Origin: Octopus bimaculoides
Lineage: Eukaryota
Direction: 5' to 3'
NCBI RefSeq assembly: GCF_001194135.2
Contig: NC_068982.1
Span: forward strand, 44,715,493-44,779,492
Length of the DNA: 64,000 nt
Positions 38,409 through 51,103 of the stretch are shown here, in pieces (positions within the stretch are counted from its first letter, which is position 1; each line of letters starts with the position of its first letter). The notes below the pieces were generated by a model. The model saw nothing but the letters and a program-made list of their open reading frames with translations. It did not search any database and had not been told where the DNA came from. A program made the translations under genes and the position numbers.

Positions 38409-38466
38409 CAGGAACTAGTTTCGGATTTAACAAATTCTTACCATTTGTTTATTCCTCATCAGCCTG
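38409..38466 (-). ncRNA. Type I hammerhead ribozyme with intact consensus core
   Basis: CAGG-CTGATGA-GGA-ATA-AACAAAT/GGTAAGA/ATTTGTT-AAA-TCC-GAAAC-TA-GTT-CCTG: stems I (4 bp), II (3+7 bp) and III (2 bp, ACTAGT palindrome); predicted cleavage after GUU between 38413 and 38412. Confidence 0.85.
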
Positions 38467-38663
38467 ATTTGTAATGTACCGTAATCATCAGAATCGTATA
38501 CAGAGTTGCCCACCGNNNNNNNNNNGTGGACAATTAATGCGCTAGAAATAGATCACATCTTGTGTCTATTAAAACCTAAATTGTTCTCAACATGAAATAT
38601 AGCAGCATACCAAAAACGTGAGCGGGCAAGACATTTAAAATCACCTAAACAAGCATTATTAAA

Positions 38664-38721
38664 CAGGAACTAGTTTCGGATTTAACAAATTCTTACCATT
38701 TGTTTATTCCTCATCAGCCTG
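38664..38721 (-). ncRNA. Identical second copy of the 38409-38466 hammerhead (probably an assembly duplication)
   Basis: 38271-38515 is repeated exactly at 38526-38770 across a 10-N gap. Confidence 0.5.
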
Positions 38722-39391
38722 ATTTGTAATGTACCGTAATCATCAGAATCGTATACAGAGTTGCCCACCGCCATGGGTGCGCGTGCATATGGTTCTGCTA
38801 ATTACAGCTTAATGGTAAAATTCAAAAGTCTTCGTTTTGGCGCGGTCGAACGAATGCGTGCATTTATACATCTTTGCATGTCATTATTCAGTTTTATTTC
38901 AAGATTTCTTGCCAATAGAGAAAGAGCCGGTTTCTAACCTAGATCCAAGGCTCCTTCATTGGAATTTCAACTACATCAACAAGGAATTTTTGCATGTACG
39001 TGTGTATGTATATATGCAGATTTGTATATTTTGTTTTATCTATGTATTCTCATGCATATAATTGCGTGTCTAGACATGCACATACTTAAACTTCTGGAAT
39101 GTTTTACAGATTTTTACAGTTCCAATGATGACTTGGATCTGTACTCTTCGAATCAGCTTTCTACTTTCTGATTTTGAGAAGCTAGTATGTATGTTTATGT
39201 ATGCATATCTTTTGAAAGCCAAAGAGGAAACTATGACTATATACAGGACGCCCCATAATAAAACTTGTTCAGCACCCATGAATTTTCTGAGCTACTTCAC
39301 CCATCCTGGGGCCCAAAAGTAGTTTTGTTTGACTTTGCTTAATTTCTCTCGGACTCACAATGTATGTATGTATGTATGTATGTATGTATGT

Positions 39392-39433
<42 letters not shown>

Positions 39434-40490
39434 TGTATGAACATATGTATGTGCGCGTGCGCGTTTAACGCGTATTCTGTAAGCGAAACCATAAAAATAG
39501 GTGGATGAATGGATGGATGGATGGATGGATGGATGGATGGATGGGTACGTACGTACATACATACATACATACATATGGTTATGTTTTGTAGCAAATGTCT
39601 TATGTACCAATCTAAAAAAGCTAAGATTTTGAAGCAAAGAAAGAGGCCTGACTAACACAAGCTTAACATATACAATTTTTAAGAAGAACAGTAAAAATAT
39701 GCAAGACCTACTCAATGTTCGATATGGAATAGCTATTGTTGTTATTATCCAAATTCCAATGATGAAGCATTTGCTCAAGATCCTTTTAGGAAGAATACAA
39801 ATAAACAATTAAAAAATGGAAGCTTACCTACGTGCATCTATCGCATGTGAAAACGTATCAAACAACGTCTTTGCGTTACAGACGTCCTCTCATTTATGAA
39901 ATATATGTGTATCGCTTAAATGTGTATATCGTAAATATATTCTCTAATAACGCACGAAGCATAGTTGTGGACAGTCTTATTTAACATGTTTTTGTACATT
40001 CGGACACGGAAAGACAATTTCTGCAGCGTATTGTCTTTCCATGTTCGAATATACACCAATATGTTAAATAAGATCGCACATAACTATAGGAATAAAGTTT
40101 CTAAAATGGACAGAGAAATCCATTTTAGAAAGATTGCTTTGGTCTAGTGGTTAAAAGTTTAAGGTGTGGATTAGTATCCCACGTGCAGCTCTTGACTGTT
40201 TCTATCCAAATGGTTTTAACCCAATATTTACACGACGATATTTGTCGCTTTGTTTCCTTCGAGATCCACTGTTCCAAAAAAAAATAATAATAATTTCACG
40301 CCCTCTTGAAGTCTGACGTCAACAATACAAAAATTCTTGCTATTGGGCATAGTTTCTAAAATGGATTTTCGAAATTCGAAAGGCTGTTTTGGTACACTGG
40401 TTGAACGCTTTAGAGGAGATATTGGTTCATATTCTAGGAGCCGCCTTCGGTTTTCTTCTACCCGATATTTACACGTAGTTTTCTATAGAC

Positions 40491-40922
40491 GGCGAGCTGG
40501 CAGAATCGTTACTGCTTAGCAGCATTTCATTTGTCTTCGTGTTTTGAGTTCAAGTTCCGCCGTGGTTGACATTGCCTTTCATCATTTCGGAATCGAAGAA
40601 ATAAGTACCAGTTGAACACTGGGGTCGTTGTAATCGACTTACCCCCTCCCCCGAAATTGCTGGCCTTGTACCAAAAGTTGAAACCATTATTTATAGGCGA
40701 CGAGTTGACAGAACCGTTAGCAAGCTGACAAACTGCTTAGCGGCATTTCATCTGTCTTCACGTTCTGAGTTCAAGTTCCGGCGGGGTCGACTTTGCCTCT
40801 CATCCTTTAGGGGGTCGATAAAATAAATACCATTCAAGTACTAGGGATCGATGAAATCGACTAGCTCCTGCCCATCCCACTCAAAATAATCAGGCTTAGT
40901 GCCTGTAATAGAAAGGACTATT
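40491..40922 (+). mobile_element. Two tandem copies of tRNA-derived SINE family B
   Basis: GAGCTGGCAGAATCGTT..TTCTGAGTTCAAGTTCCG..GCCTTTCATC..GGTCGATAAAATAAGTACCAG twice. The central block resembles, from memory, the MetaSINE conserved domain. Confidence 0.85.
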
Positions 40923-41327
40923 TAGAGCTACGTTTGCTTCGAGATTCCTTGTTCCAAAAATAATTATCTCATGTCCTCTGATATATAAATTTGACGTCAA
41001 CATCATCCTATCCTCATATTGTTATCAACCAAGTCTGTTAAAAAGTATTTAAAATAGTGCTTTTTTTTGTTTTTGTTAATGTTCTGAGGTGTTTTTATTT
41101 CCTGCTCGTTTCTAGAAAGTTCTAAATATGTTTATGATGACGATTCTGTTACTCACCTTGGTTTACTTTTTGTGATTCCTTTCATGGACAAACAAATCGA
41201 TATCCTTCCGTCTTTCCTCTTGTCAATTTGTCTGCTTAACCCTGTAATCTGCACCATTACTCCATATTCTTGTTCCTTTCTCCTACCTTTTGCTCATGTA
41301 TGTGTATGTGTGTGTGTGTAAGTGTAT

Positions 41328-41399
<72 letters not shown>

Positions 41400-41529
41400 A
41401 TGTTTCTACATGTGTGTTTTGCGCGCGCATATATATATATATATATATGCGCGAACACGCGTGGCTTTATATGTGCGTGTGTACTCGCGCGTGTATATGT
41501 GTGTGTACATATATGCATGTGTGTGCGCG

Positions 41530-41795
41530 AGGAATAGTGGTTACCGCTGGTGCAATCACGATTGTGAGATTGATGGTTCGATTCCTAGACCGGGCGATGC
41601 AATGTATTCTTGCGCAAAACACTTCGTTTCACGTTGCTCAGCGACCACGTCGACATTTCGTGTGAGGAACACCGTGCACCTGTACAGGTAATGCCGATTT
41701 GATGAAGGAAATGAGTTAATGTGCTGTAAAAACATTTGATCACTATAAATAAATCATCAGTGCAGATTGTTCAGCAAGAAATTTCAGAACCATCT
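41530..41795 (+). mobile_element. SINE family C
   Basis: tRNA-like head with GGTTCGATTCC B-box; body homologous to 6195-6440. Confidence 0.7.
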
Positions 41796-41850
41796 TTCTC
41801 GAACTCGATAGACTACCATTCACCATTCATTCACATATATGTATATGTAT

Positions 41851-42184
41851 AGGTAAAGACCCCCTTCGGTCATGAATGACCATGGGATTGTACCTAGAAA
41901 GTTACCCTCCAAGGCACAAGTCCGGGCAAGGTTGTTTAAGGAAGACCAGCAGTCGCCCATGCATACCAGTCTCCCCTCTCCATGCCACTGATGTTGTCCA
42001 AAGGAAAAGCGAAGGCCAATTCAGCTTGGCACCAGTGACGTCGCAACTCATTTCTACAGCTGAGTGAACTGGAGCAACGTGAAATAAAATATCTTGCTCA
42101 AGAACACAACACATAGCCCAGTCTGGGTATCGAACTCTCTACATCATGAATGTAAGCACGATGTTCTAACCGCTGAGCCATGCG
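41851..42184 (-). mobile_element. SINE family D, full length
   Basis: Reverse complement of 868-1156 plus the 5' tRNA-like head. Confidence 0.88.
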
Positions 42185-42221
42185 TATATAAGTAGGTATA
42201 CTTATAATTTATCTCAGTCAT

Positions 42222-42671
42222 GAGCAGGAGTGGTTGTGTGGTAAGTAGCTTCTTTACCAACCACATGGTTCCGGGTTCATTCCCACTGCGTGACATCTTG
42301 GGCAAGTGTCTTCTACTGTAGCCTCGGGCCGACCAAAGCCTTGTGAGTGGATTTGGNNNNNNNNNNCGGGCCGACCAAAGCCTTGTGAGTGGATTTGGTA
42401 GACGGAAACTGAAAGAAGCCCGTCGTATATATATGTATATATATATATATTTGTGTATGTTTGTGCGTCTGTGTTTGTCCTCCCTAGCATTGCTTTACAA
42501 CCGATGCTGGTGTGTTTATGTCCCCGTAAATTAGCGGTTCGGCAAAAGAGACCGATAGAATAAGTACTAGGCTTACAAAGAATAAGTCCTGGGGTCGATT
42601 TTCTCGACTACAGGTGATGCTCCAGCATGGCCACAGTCAAATAACTGAAACAAGTAAAAGTAAAAGAGTAA
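42222..42671 (+). mobile_element. Family A SINE, full length (32-bp artefactual duplication across a 10-N gap)
   Basis: Near-identical to 11557-11945. Confidence 0.92.
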
Positions 42672-44612
42672 AGTGCAGTCTGTGAGTCTTTCTAAATAGC
42701 ACGCCTAACGAAAAATGACTTTGGCTTTTATTTTTGGTAGTGCAGCCCGCCGGATAGTGAGCCCATGTCTCAAGCAGCACCCTGCTCGTAAGGTGTTTTC
42801 CATGCCTGATTTATCCCATTTTATAAATTTAATTAATTTATTTATTACTTTACTATGGTCATTGTTTTTCTAACATGTTTCAGCACTTTAAGTCTGTTGT
42901 ACTTTTTTTTTTTTTTTCTTAATACGAAACTTTTTATAAAGAGGATAAACTAATCGTGTGAGATTGTTTCAATATGTTACTATAGTTGTATAGTAGCATA
43001 TAGTTTTAATATTTTAAGAGACGGGAGGGCACTATCGAAATCAGCGAAACGTATGAAATATTTCGTTTGCGTTACTCTCTTAGAAAAGTCGTCGAACTTT
43101 GCTTCTCTGAGGTCGGATAGACATGGGATGAGAAAAAGGAAGCAGAATGAACAAGAGAATGGAGGGGAATGTGAATAAGGAAGGAGAATGAATAGGAGAA
43201 TGAAATGGAATGCGAATAAAGAAGGAGAATGAGTAGAATGACATGGAACGAGAATAGGGAAAGGAAATAAATAAAGACAAGATCAATGTGCATGATCGAT
43301 ATGGATGATCGTCTCGAGACACAAGAACCAAAGTTGATATTATGAAACAGAATTTGCTTTGCTCGATGTTAATTAAAACAGAGTTCTGATAGAAATAATT
43401 AAGGATTAGTGATCACGAAAGCAGAGTGAAGGGTGTAAAATCATATCATCGTGATGGCGACTATAGTAGCTTAGCTAGGTGTCGAGATGGTTCTGGAAGT
43501 GGTTGTAATGATGTTAATGATAATGTATCGGCCAAATAGACGATAAAATGAATTACCTTTTGAAGATAAGATTTATGGATGGATAACTTCTTTCTTTTTT
43601 TTTTTTTTTTTNNNNNNNNNNTTTTTTTTTTTCTTTTTGCATTGATAAATCAGTTAATTCTGAAAGCTAGCTGAACTGATGAACATGTGATTAACCAAAC
43701 TGATGTTTCCTTTGACTAACGATCAAGTTAAATGAGTGACACTGTAATACGGTGACTGACCAATTTAAGATGGCTCTGGCTTAATGTAAAATCTTTTGAT
43801 AACTAATTTTATCTTTGACGGTATGCCTACCAACCACATAAGGTCAACATGACTTATTGATTTCCAACCCGAAGACAACGTCACAAATTATATTTAGGGC
43901 GAGGGGAAATAACATAAAGTAACATTTATATTGCCCTTTTTTCTTTTTTTCTTTTTTTTTTTTTGTCTCCTTTCTCCAAAGGTATCAGCAACTCAGGTTC
44001 ACCGTAGCTCACATATTCTATGACACTTTTGGCGTGTCTAGCGTCATAGTGAAAGCAGACATTAGATTATCAATTGTGCTAAAATGAAGGCCAACATAGA
44101 AATTTATTATTCAAATTAATGATTATTTAATGATTATTTAAATTAATTCGTTAATTGTAATAATTAGCTTCCTCTTTTTTATATTTATTTATTTATTTAT
44201 TTATTACTTTTTCGTTAATTTAAGCAAATAGCAAATAGAGGCATCTATCCTGTAATGCATTGAAGCATCCCATGTATTTCAAAGGTTGTAAATCCCTTTA
44301 TTATCACTTGTGCTATTACTTGTGGTTATTGTTGTTTAACCCACGGTCGGCTCTGTTTGAGTTGACCATTGACCGAATCCGTTCCATCAGCGACTGCTCC
44401 GTCTTTTCGTACATCAACGTCTACAGTGTATAATGTGTGTACATATACTTGAAGGTTTGCAAGGGTGCGATTTGAAGGAGATGTGGCTGCTATTTCCGGC
44501 AGCTCGAATGACTGCACATTGATTCCTCTCCTAGCTTGTGCTTGTATTTGCTTGAAATATTTGGAGATTGTTAACAAAATAGTTTGACAAACGATCTTCA
44601 AAAAAAAAAAAA

Positions 44613-44616
<4 letters not shown>

Positions 44617-44675
<59 letters not shown>

Positions 44676-44695
44676 AATAAATAAATAAATAAAAC
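44617..44695. repeat. (AAT)n(AAAT)n microsatellite
   Basis: Seen directly. Confidence 0.95.
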
Positions 44696-44745
44696 TTGAA
44701 GATTTCAGTGTTCTTTCACAACCACTTTATGCAGTGGAAGAAAGT

Positions 44746-45045
44746 GCGTGGCTTAGTAGTTAGGTTATTCGGTTCACAATCGTAAGTCATGAGTTCGATT
44801 CCCGATGGCACGTTGTATCCTTGAGCAAGGCACTTTATTTCCCGTTGCTCCAGTCCACTCAACTGACAAAAATAAGTTGCACTTGTATATCCTTGTCACA
44901 TTCTTCGTCAACGTTGAATCTCCCTGAGAACTATGTTACGGATACGCGTGTCTGGGGAGTGATCACCCACTTGCACATTAATTTCACAAGCAGGCTGTCT
45001 TGTGATCGGATCAATTGGAACCTTCGTTGGCGTAACCGACAGTGA
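44746..45045 (+). mobile_element. tRNA-derived SINE family E
   Basis: Head GCGTGGCTTAGTAGTTAGG..GAGTTCGATTCCC; tail CACTTGCACATTAATTTCACAAGCAGGCTG..GATCGGATCAATTGGAACC shared with 52093-52260 (-) and 57228-57345 (+). Confidence 0.82.
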
Positions 45046-45601
45046 CGGTTCTTTGCCTTGGAAACTTGGCTGGTAATTTTATAGCATCCTTCACTTATGA
45101 ACCATCTTCAACTGTGATTTAGATTGCACAGCAAACCAGGCAAAATCCACTCGTGAACCTTTATTACCGGTCTACGCTGCTCTATATCAACTACTCTTAC
45201 TCCTACATGATGCTTACTTACTGATTTATAAATAAGTGTGTTTGCAAAGAACAAAGTACTAGGCCATAGACGAAATTCGAACTGCTGAATCCTTATTTAG
45301 AAATTCAAATGATCAAGCAAAGAAAATTTAGATACAAATAGCAAAATAGCCATTGAAATCTTTTGTTGTTGTTTGTCCCCAAATCAACTCTGACGTTATT
45401 TCAGACGGTGGAGTGAAATTCGAGAGAGATTTGTCTGCTGTTTAAACCAAATCTAACAACTACGTAGAGGTTCCCTCGCTGGTTGCATTGAAATCTATCC
45501 GCAGTAATTAAGCATTTGCAGCGGAATATTGTCTCGGAGACAAAAAGAATTCTATTGCGTAATAACACATAGACGGGCCACCAAGCGATGTCAGTAGACT
45601 A

Positions 45602-45641
45602 ACAGACACGATGTTTCGGTGTCATTTCATCTCTTCAGTAT
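45602..45641 (-). ncRNA. Minimal hammerhead with intact core nucleotides and weakened stems
   Basis: ATA-CTGAAGA-GATG/AAATGA/CACC-GAAAC-ATCGT-GTC-TGT; stem II 3 of 4 pairs; stem III 3 bp; GUC triplet. Confidence 0.6.
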
Positions 45642-45764
45642 GCTTACTCTACATTAATTCCACCTTTGAAATCCACAGCACACATCAACAACTGTGTTAT
45701 TTGCAGTTTCCTATATATAGAAATAGAAGTTCCGACTTAGCTTCAAAATACGAAGCAGAATCTT

Positions 45765-45805
45765 TCACTGAGGAGGCGAAAATCCCACCGAAACACTATG
45801 CCTGG
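45765..45805 (+). ncRNA. Decayed inverted partner of the 45602-45641 hammerhead
   Basis: CTGAGGA-GGCG/AAAATCC/CACC-GAAAC-ACTAT-GCC-TGG; GUC changed to GCC; downstream flank resembles that of the left motif. Confidence 0.45.
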
Positions 45806-47784
45806 TTGCCATTTGATGTTACTTGGAGCCCGATTCGATGTCTAAAATGAGGAAAAATTTTCACGTTTTCGCGTACAAGAACTAATCAAAAATAAGTGTA
45901 TGTACACGTTCACAGACCCATACATGCATTTATGTGTGTGTATATATGTGTATTATATGTGTGTGTGGGGGGGGGGGTAAATCAATCTGTTATTCTTTTC
46001 TGAGTTCTCCATCCACCGGAACTCCATCATAATTTATGAATTATTCTGCTCTGTTTTTTTATCACATTTTTCTCCACCTCTTTATCTTTTCTTTCTTTTG
46101 TTTCCCCTTCCACTTTCTTTCTGCCCGACTCCTATTTCCATTTACTCCTTCTCGTTCATTTCTTTGTTCTCCCCACATTCTAATAGCCTGTTTACTTATT
46201 CCAATCTATATTCCCCCACCTACCATGTCTTTTAGCTCTTGTCATATATTTCTGTTTTGTCCTTCATGCTTGTATTTTGTCCTCACATAACTCTTACTGG
46301 TTTTTGTGGGTCTTCTTTTTTGTTGTTTCACTGTTGTTCTTCATGTTATTGATATCCTCATACTTATTGGTGTTATTATTGATCTATTGTTGACGTACTA
46401 ATTCTTGGTATTGTTCTTGTTGTCGTCGTCATCGTCCTTGTTGTTGTTGTTGGTGGTGGTGTTTCTCCCAAGTAATGTCTTCACATCTGAACACTTATTA
46501 TTCTCACTCCCCACATCAAGCGCTCCTTCTACGGTCGCTTCTTTCATTGAAATGTAAATAAAAGAAAGATCCTCGATACTAACTATAGATTATCGATATT
46601 TGATTAAAAAACAATTTGATTGGGTATGGGGTGAGATGTGGCCTGAGATCGAACAGTGAGTGATTCGATGTATGAAAGAGAAATAGTCGTAGAGAGCGGT
46701 GGGTAAGCTACGTAAGAGGGTAGGGAAGGAAGTCAGATATGGTGAGATCTGTGTCAGTGAAAGAAGCCAAGATTTTAGTGTATGGGATGGATGGCAGGCA
46801 GGCAGGGGTGACTGGCAACGATTCCTTTGACTGACTGATGGTATTTTCTTCAAAGAACCAAAACACTGGCATCGATCTTCTGTACAATGGTGTGCAAGGG
46901 TGCCGTATTTAGAAGATAGGTCGAACATTCCAGAAAAACTAATGTTCCATATGCGTGCTCATGTGTATGTAAGAGCATATTGGTGTGCGCATGTATATAT
47001 GTATATGTATGTGTGTATGTATATATATATATATATATNNNNNNNNNNNNNNNNNNNNNNNNNNNNNNNNNNNNNNNNNNNNNNNNNNNNNNNNNNNNNN
47101 NNNNNNNNNNNNNNNNNNNNNNNNNNNNNNNNNNNNNNNNNNNNNNNNNNNNNNNNNNNNNNNNNNNNNNNNNNNNNNNNNNNNNNNNNNNNNNNNNNNN
47201 NNNNNNNNNNNNNNNNNNNNNNNNNNNNNNNNNNNNNNNNNNNNNNNNNNNNNNNNNNNNNNNNNNNNNNNNNNNNNNNNNNNNNNNNNNNNNNNNNNNN
47301 NNNNNNNNNNNNNNNNNNNNNNNNNNNNNNNNNNNNNNNNNNNNNNNNNNNNNNNNNNNNNNNNNNNNNNNNNNNNNNNNNNNNNNNNNNNNNNNNNNNN
47401 NNNNNNNNNNNNNNNNNNNNNNNNNNNNNNNNNNNNNNNNNNNNNNNNNNNNNNNNNNNNNNNNNNNNNNNNNNNNNNNNNNNNNNNNNNNNNNNNNNNN
47501 NNNNNNNNNNNNNNNNNNNNNNNNNNNNNNNNNNNNNNNNNNNNNNNNNNNNNNNNNNNNNNNNNNNNNNNNNNNNNNNNNNNNNNNNNNNNNNNNNNNN
47601 NNNNNNNNNNNNNNNNNNNNNNNNNNNNNNNNNNNNNNNNNNNNNNNNNNNNNNNNNNNNNNNNNNNNNNNNNNNNNNNNNNNNNNNNNNNNNNNNNNNN
47701 NNNNNNNNNNNNNNNNNNNNNNNNNNNNNNNNNNNNNNNNNNNNNNNNNNNNNNNNNNNNNNNNNNNNNNNNNNNNNNNNNNNN

Positions 47785-47815
<31 letters not shown>

Positions 47816-48039
47816 GTGTGTCTGTGTGTGTGCGCTTGTGTGTGTGCGTGCGTATGTGCTTGTGCGTGTGTGTGTGTTTGTGTGTGTGATTTTAACTTCA
47901 TGTCTAAAAGGCATGTTGCTATAATATAATAGTATTTACACGAGCCAACAAGGAAACTTTAGGCGCAATCTTTCGACCTGCTAGAAATAGAATCCGATTT
48001 TCCTTCATATCAGACATTACAAAAAAAAAAAAAGTAAGA

Positions 48040-48230
48040 AAGAAAAGTGAGAAGAACGGCTGTCTGTTTCTAGATCTTTTTGCATCTAAATTCCGCCGGG
48101 GCCGACTTTGCCTTTCATCCTTTCGAGATCGATAAATTAAGTACCAGTGGAGCACTGGGGTCGATGTAATCAACTTCGTCTTTCCCCAAAAATTTCAGGT
48201 CTTGTGCCTATTGTGGAAATGATTATTATT
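48040..48230 (+). mobile_element. SINE family B, 5'-degenerate
   Basis: GACTTTGCCTTTCATCCTTTCGAGATCGATAAATTAAGTACCAGTGGAGCACTGGGGTCGATGTAATC. Confidence 0.8.
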
Positions 48231-49058
48231 ATTACATTTCTCTATTATATGCATATATGTTACGATTTTATCATATATCTATATAAACACCTACACAATC
48301 AGAACAGACCAGAGTTTCCGTTACACATCGTATTCACAAACGCAAATGCGCGCGCGCACATCGGCAGCAGCAGCAGCAGCAGCTTCGTCGTCATCATTGT
48401 TTAGTGCACCGACCTTAGTTTACAATAATTTTCATATACTTAACTTGTGTATAGAAAATACATTTTGCTTATATGTTCTTCATGATATATTTTTATATCT
48501 CTAGATTATAATAATTACACTCTTGCCGTATATCAAAAAGACCCTTAACACTTTTTCATCACTAACGGATGGCAATGTGTACTGATAGGTGTTGTGATTA
48601 TACACACATACACACACACATACATATGCAAATATATATAACATATACAAACACGTATGTATATATACTGTACATATATANNNNNNNNNNNNNNNNNNNN
48701 NNNNNNNNNNNNNNNNNNNNNNNNNNNNNNNNNNNNNNNNNNNNNNNNNNNNNNNNNNNNNNNNNNNNNNNNNNNNNNNNNNNNNNNNNNNNNNNNNNNN
48801 NNNNNNNNNNNNNNNNNNNNNNNNNNNNNNNNNNNNNNNNNNNNNNNNNNNNNNNNNNNNNNNNNNNNNNNNNNNNNNNNNNNNNNNNNNNNNNNNNNNN
48901 NNNNNNNNNNNNNNNNNNNNNNNNNNATATATATATACGTGTGTGTGTGTATACATACACACACATATATATGTGTGTGTCATGTGTTATATCTTTAGGT
49001 ATCGAAGTAACTGAATTTCTCCCCTCTGTGTGTGGGGGTATGTATGTATATGTACATA

Positions 49059-49094
<36 letters not shown>

Positions 49095-49320
49095 TGCAGA
49101 GAGAGAGAGTGTGTGGGGGGAGGGGGAAGATTAAGTTACTTCGAAACCTAAAAATAAACTGAAACGAAGATTAATTAATGAACAACAGCCTTACGTATGT
49201 TTTCCATATTTACACTAAATATTGGCATAGTGAATGAACACTCATACACACACTTTTCCTAGGAACACGCTCTTTATCTCTCTTTTTCTCTCTCTCTCTC
49301 TCTATCTCTATATCTCTCAA

Positions 49321-49353
<33 letters not shown>

Positions 49354-49974
49354 CACACATACACTCACTCACTCACTCACGCACTGACCCATTCACACAC
49401 ATTTTTGTATGTGCAAATGGGGAAATGCATATGGATATATTAATGCTAAACAAACAGGACTCATATATGCATCATCATAGATAACAATGCTTGCTAACAA
49501 AACGACGCATACAGACTTCGTTTTAATATACTGATACATGCATAGATGCATTTTTTTAAAAATAAGTTTACAACAGAAAAGAGTCGCCGCCCATGATTCA
49601 GTAATCTCTCTCAAACTTATGTGATTGATGTGAAATCTTAATATGCGTGCTTAATGTCTGCAAGACTGGAAAGAAACGTGGAGGAATCATCGCAATGCCT
49701 GCAGGCATGACTGTGTTGTTAAGATGCTCATTTTGAGTTCAGTCCCACTGCGCTGCATTTGGAGCAAGTGTGTTCTGGTATAGTTCACTTGTACACACAC
49801 ACATCCATCCACAACTACACTGCTGGTGTTAAAATTCCAATGAAGGAACCTTGGATCTAAGTTAGAAACCGCACTTTCTGCATTGGCAGGAAATCTAGAA
49901 ATAGATCTAAATAATTATATACCAGCATACATACATACATACATACATACATGTGTCTTGAAGACAGTAGAATT

Positions 49975-50750
49975 AACACGAAGCGCAGCCTTTCTTGGAC
50001 ACAAGACCACTACATCACATTACACTTTGAAGGCTATGCGTTTGCAATCCAGGAACAGGAGATTGCCACAAAGTACCTGGTGAACTAGAGAGATAGTGAC
50101 GCTCTTGTAATCCCAAGGTGCAACCGCATGTGTAGGCTATGTCATGTTTCTAGGGAAGACATCACGCATGTCATCACGGTACTACCTCCCTATGCGGCAT
50201 GATGCTGAAATAAACTTAGGAAATCCCTCTGTTATGGAATACATTCATAAACACCAACTCAAGGAATACTGGTGGAATATTCCCATCAAAATTTCTGTCA
50301 AATGTAAACATAACAGGCCGGATATTGTTGTTTGGGACTGAGGGGCAAAGATATGCATCATCATAGAGGTCAGCTGCCCTGCAGATATAAATATCAATTT
50401 GAAATTCAAAGAAAAAGAGGATATCTATGGACAACTGCTTCGAAACCTCCAGCTTCTATATCCAGACTATGAATTCATATTCATGCCAATAATAATTGGA
50501 GAACTAGGTTTTATTAGTAAATGCTTAAAGGAGAATCTGGATAAACTGGGATTTTCAGAAAGAGAAATCGACCGGCTAATTCGTACATTACAAGCGCAAT
50601 CTGTGAGTGAAACAGTAAAAATATGCAAGACATTTTTCAAGTTCCAAATGTGAATTTGTCTGTGTTAACTACATCCCAAAGATGGAGCCTTGTATCTTTG
50701 TTGGAAACCGGCCCACTCCTCGGTGGAAGAATTATAATAATTAAAAAATA
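49975..50750 (+). mobile_element. 5'-truncated non-LTR retrotransposon with restriction-like endonuclease (R4/Dong-like clade), disabled
   Basis: EGYAFAIQEQEIATKY, CRLCHVSREDITH (CCHC knuckle), HNRPDIVVWD*..IIIEVSCP..KEDIY (PD-(D/E)XK RLE), C-terminus SVSETVKICKTFFKF*; in-frame stops and frameshifts present. Confidence 0.88.
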
Positions 50751-51069
50751 GAAGAGACATACATATATTTTGCACAAAAACCTAGAAATATTTAGTTTCA
50801 CAGAGAAAGAGCAAAAGAAACTGACGTGGATTCTCCAAATCCAATCTATTAGTGGCACAGTGAAGATATGGAGGATATTCTCAAAATTCTCCATCTGAGA
50901 TTCTTATGTCAACAGATGCATGCACGTGGGTGTGTGCGTCGACAGTTTAACCAACACACCGACTCGACCACATATTTAAAAACACCGGGAACTCTCTTAA
51001 CTCAAAATGTCTTGTCGCTTTGTTAGCGACCGACTTGAACTCTCTCAAGAAGAACTCAAATAAAACTCA

Positions 51070-51103
<34 letters not shown>

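Noticed and set aside
41157-41241. Minus-strand 85-nt exon candidate (TTACAG|..CCAAG|GTGAGT; LSRQIDKRKDGRISICLSMKGITKSKP)
   Set aside because: Good donor, but no polypyrimidine tract, no recognisable homology, and no clean phase match to the 36.8-kb candidate.
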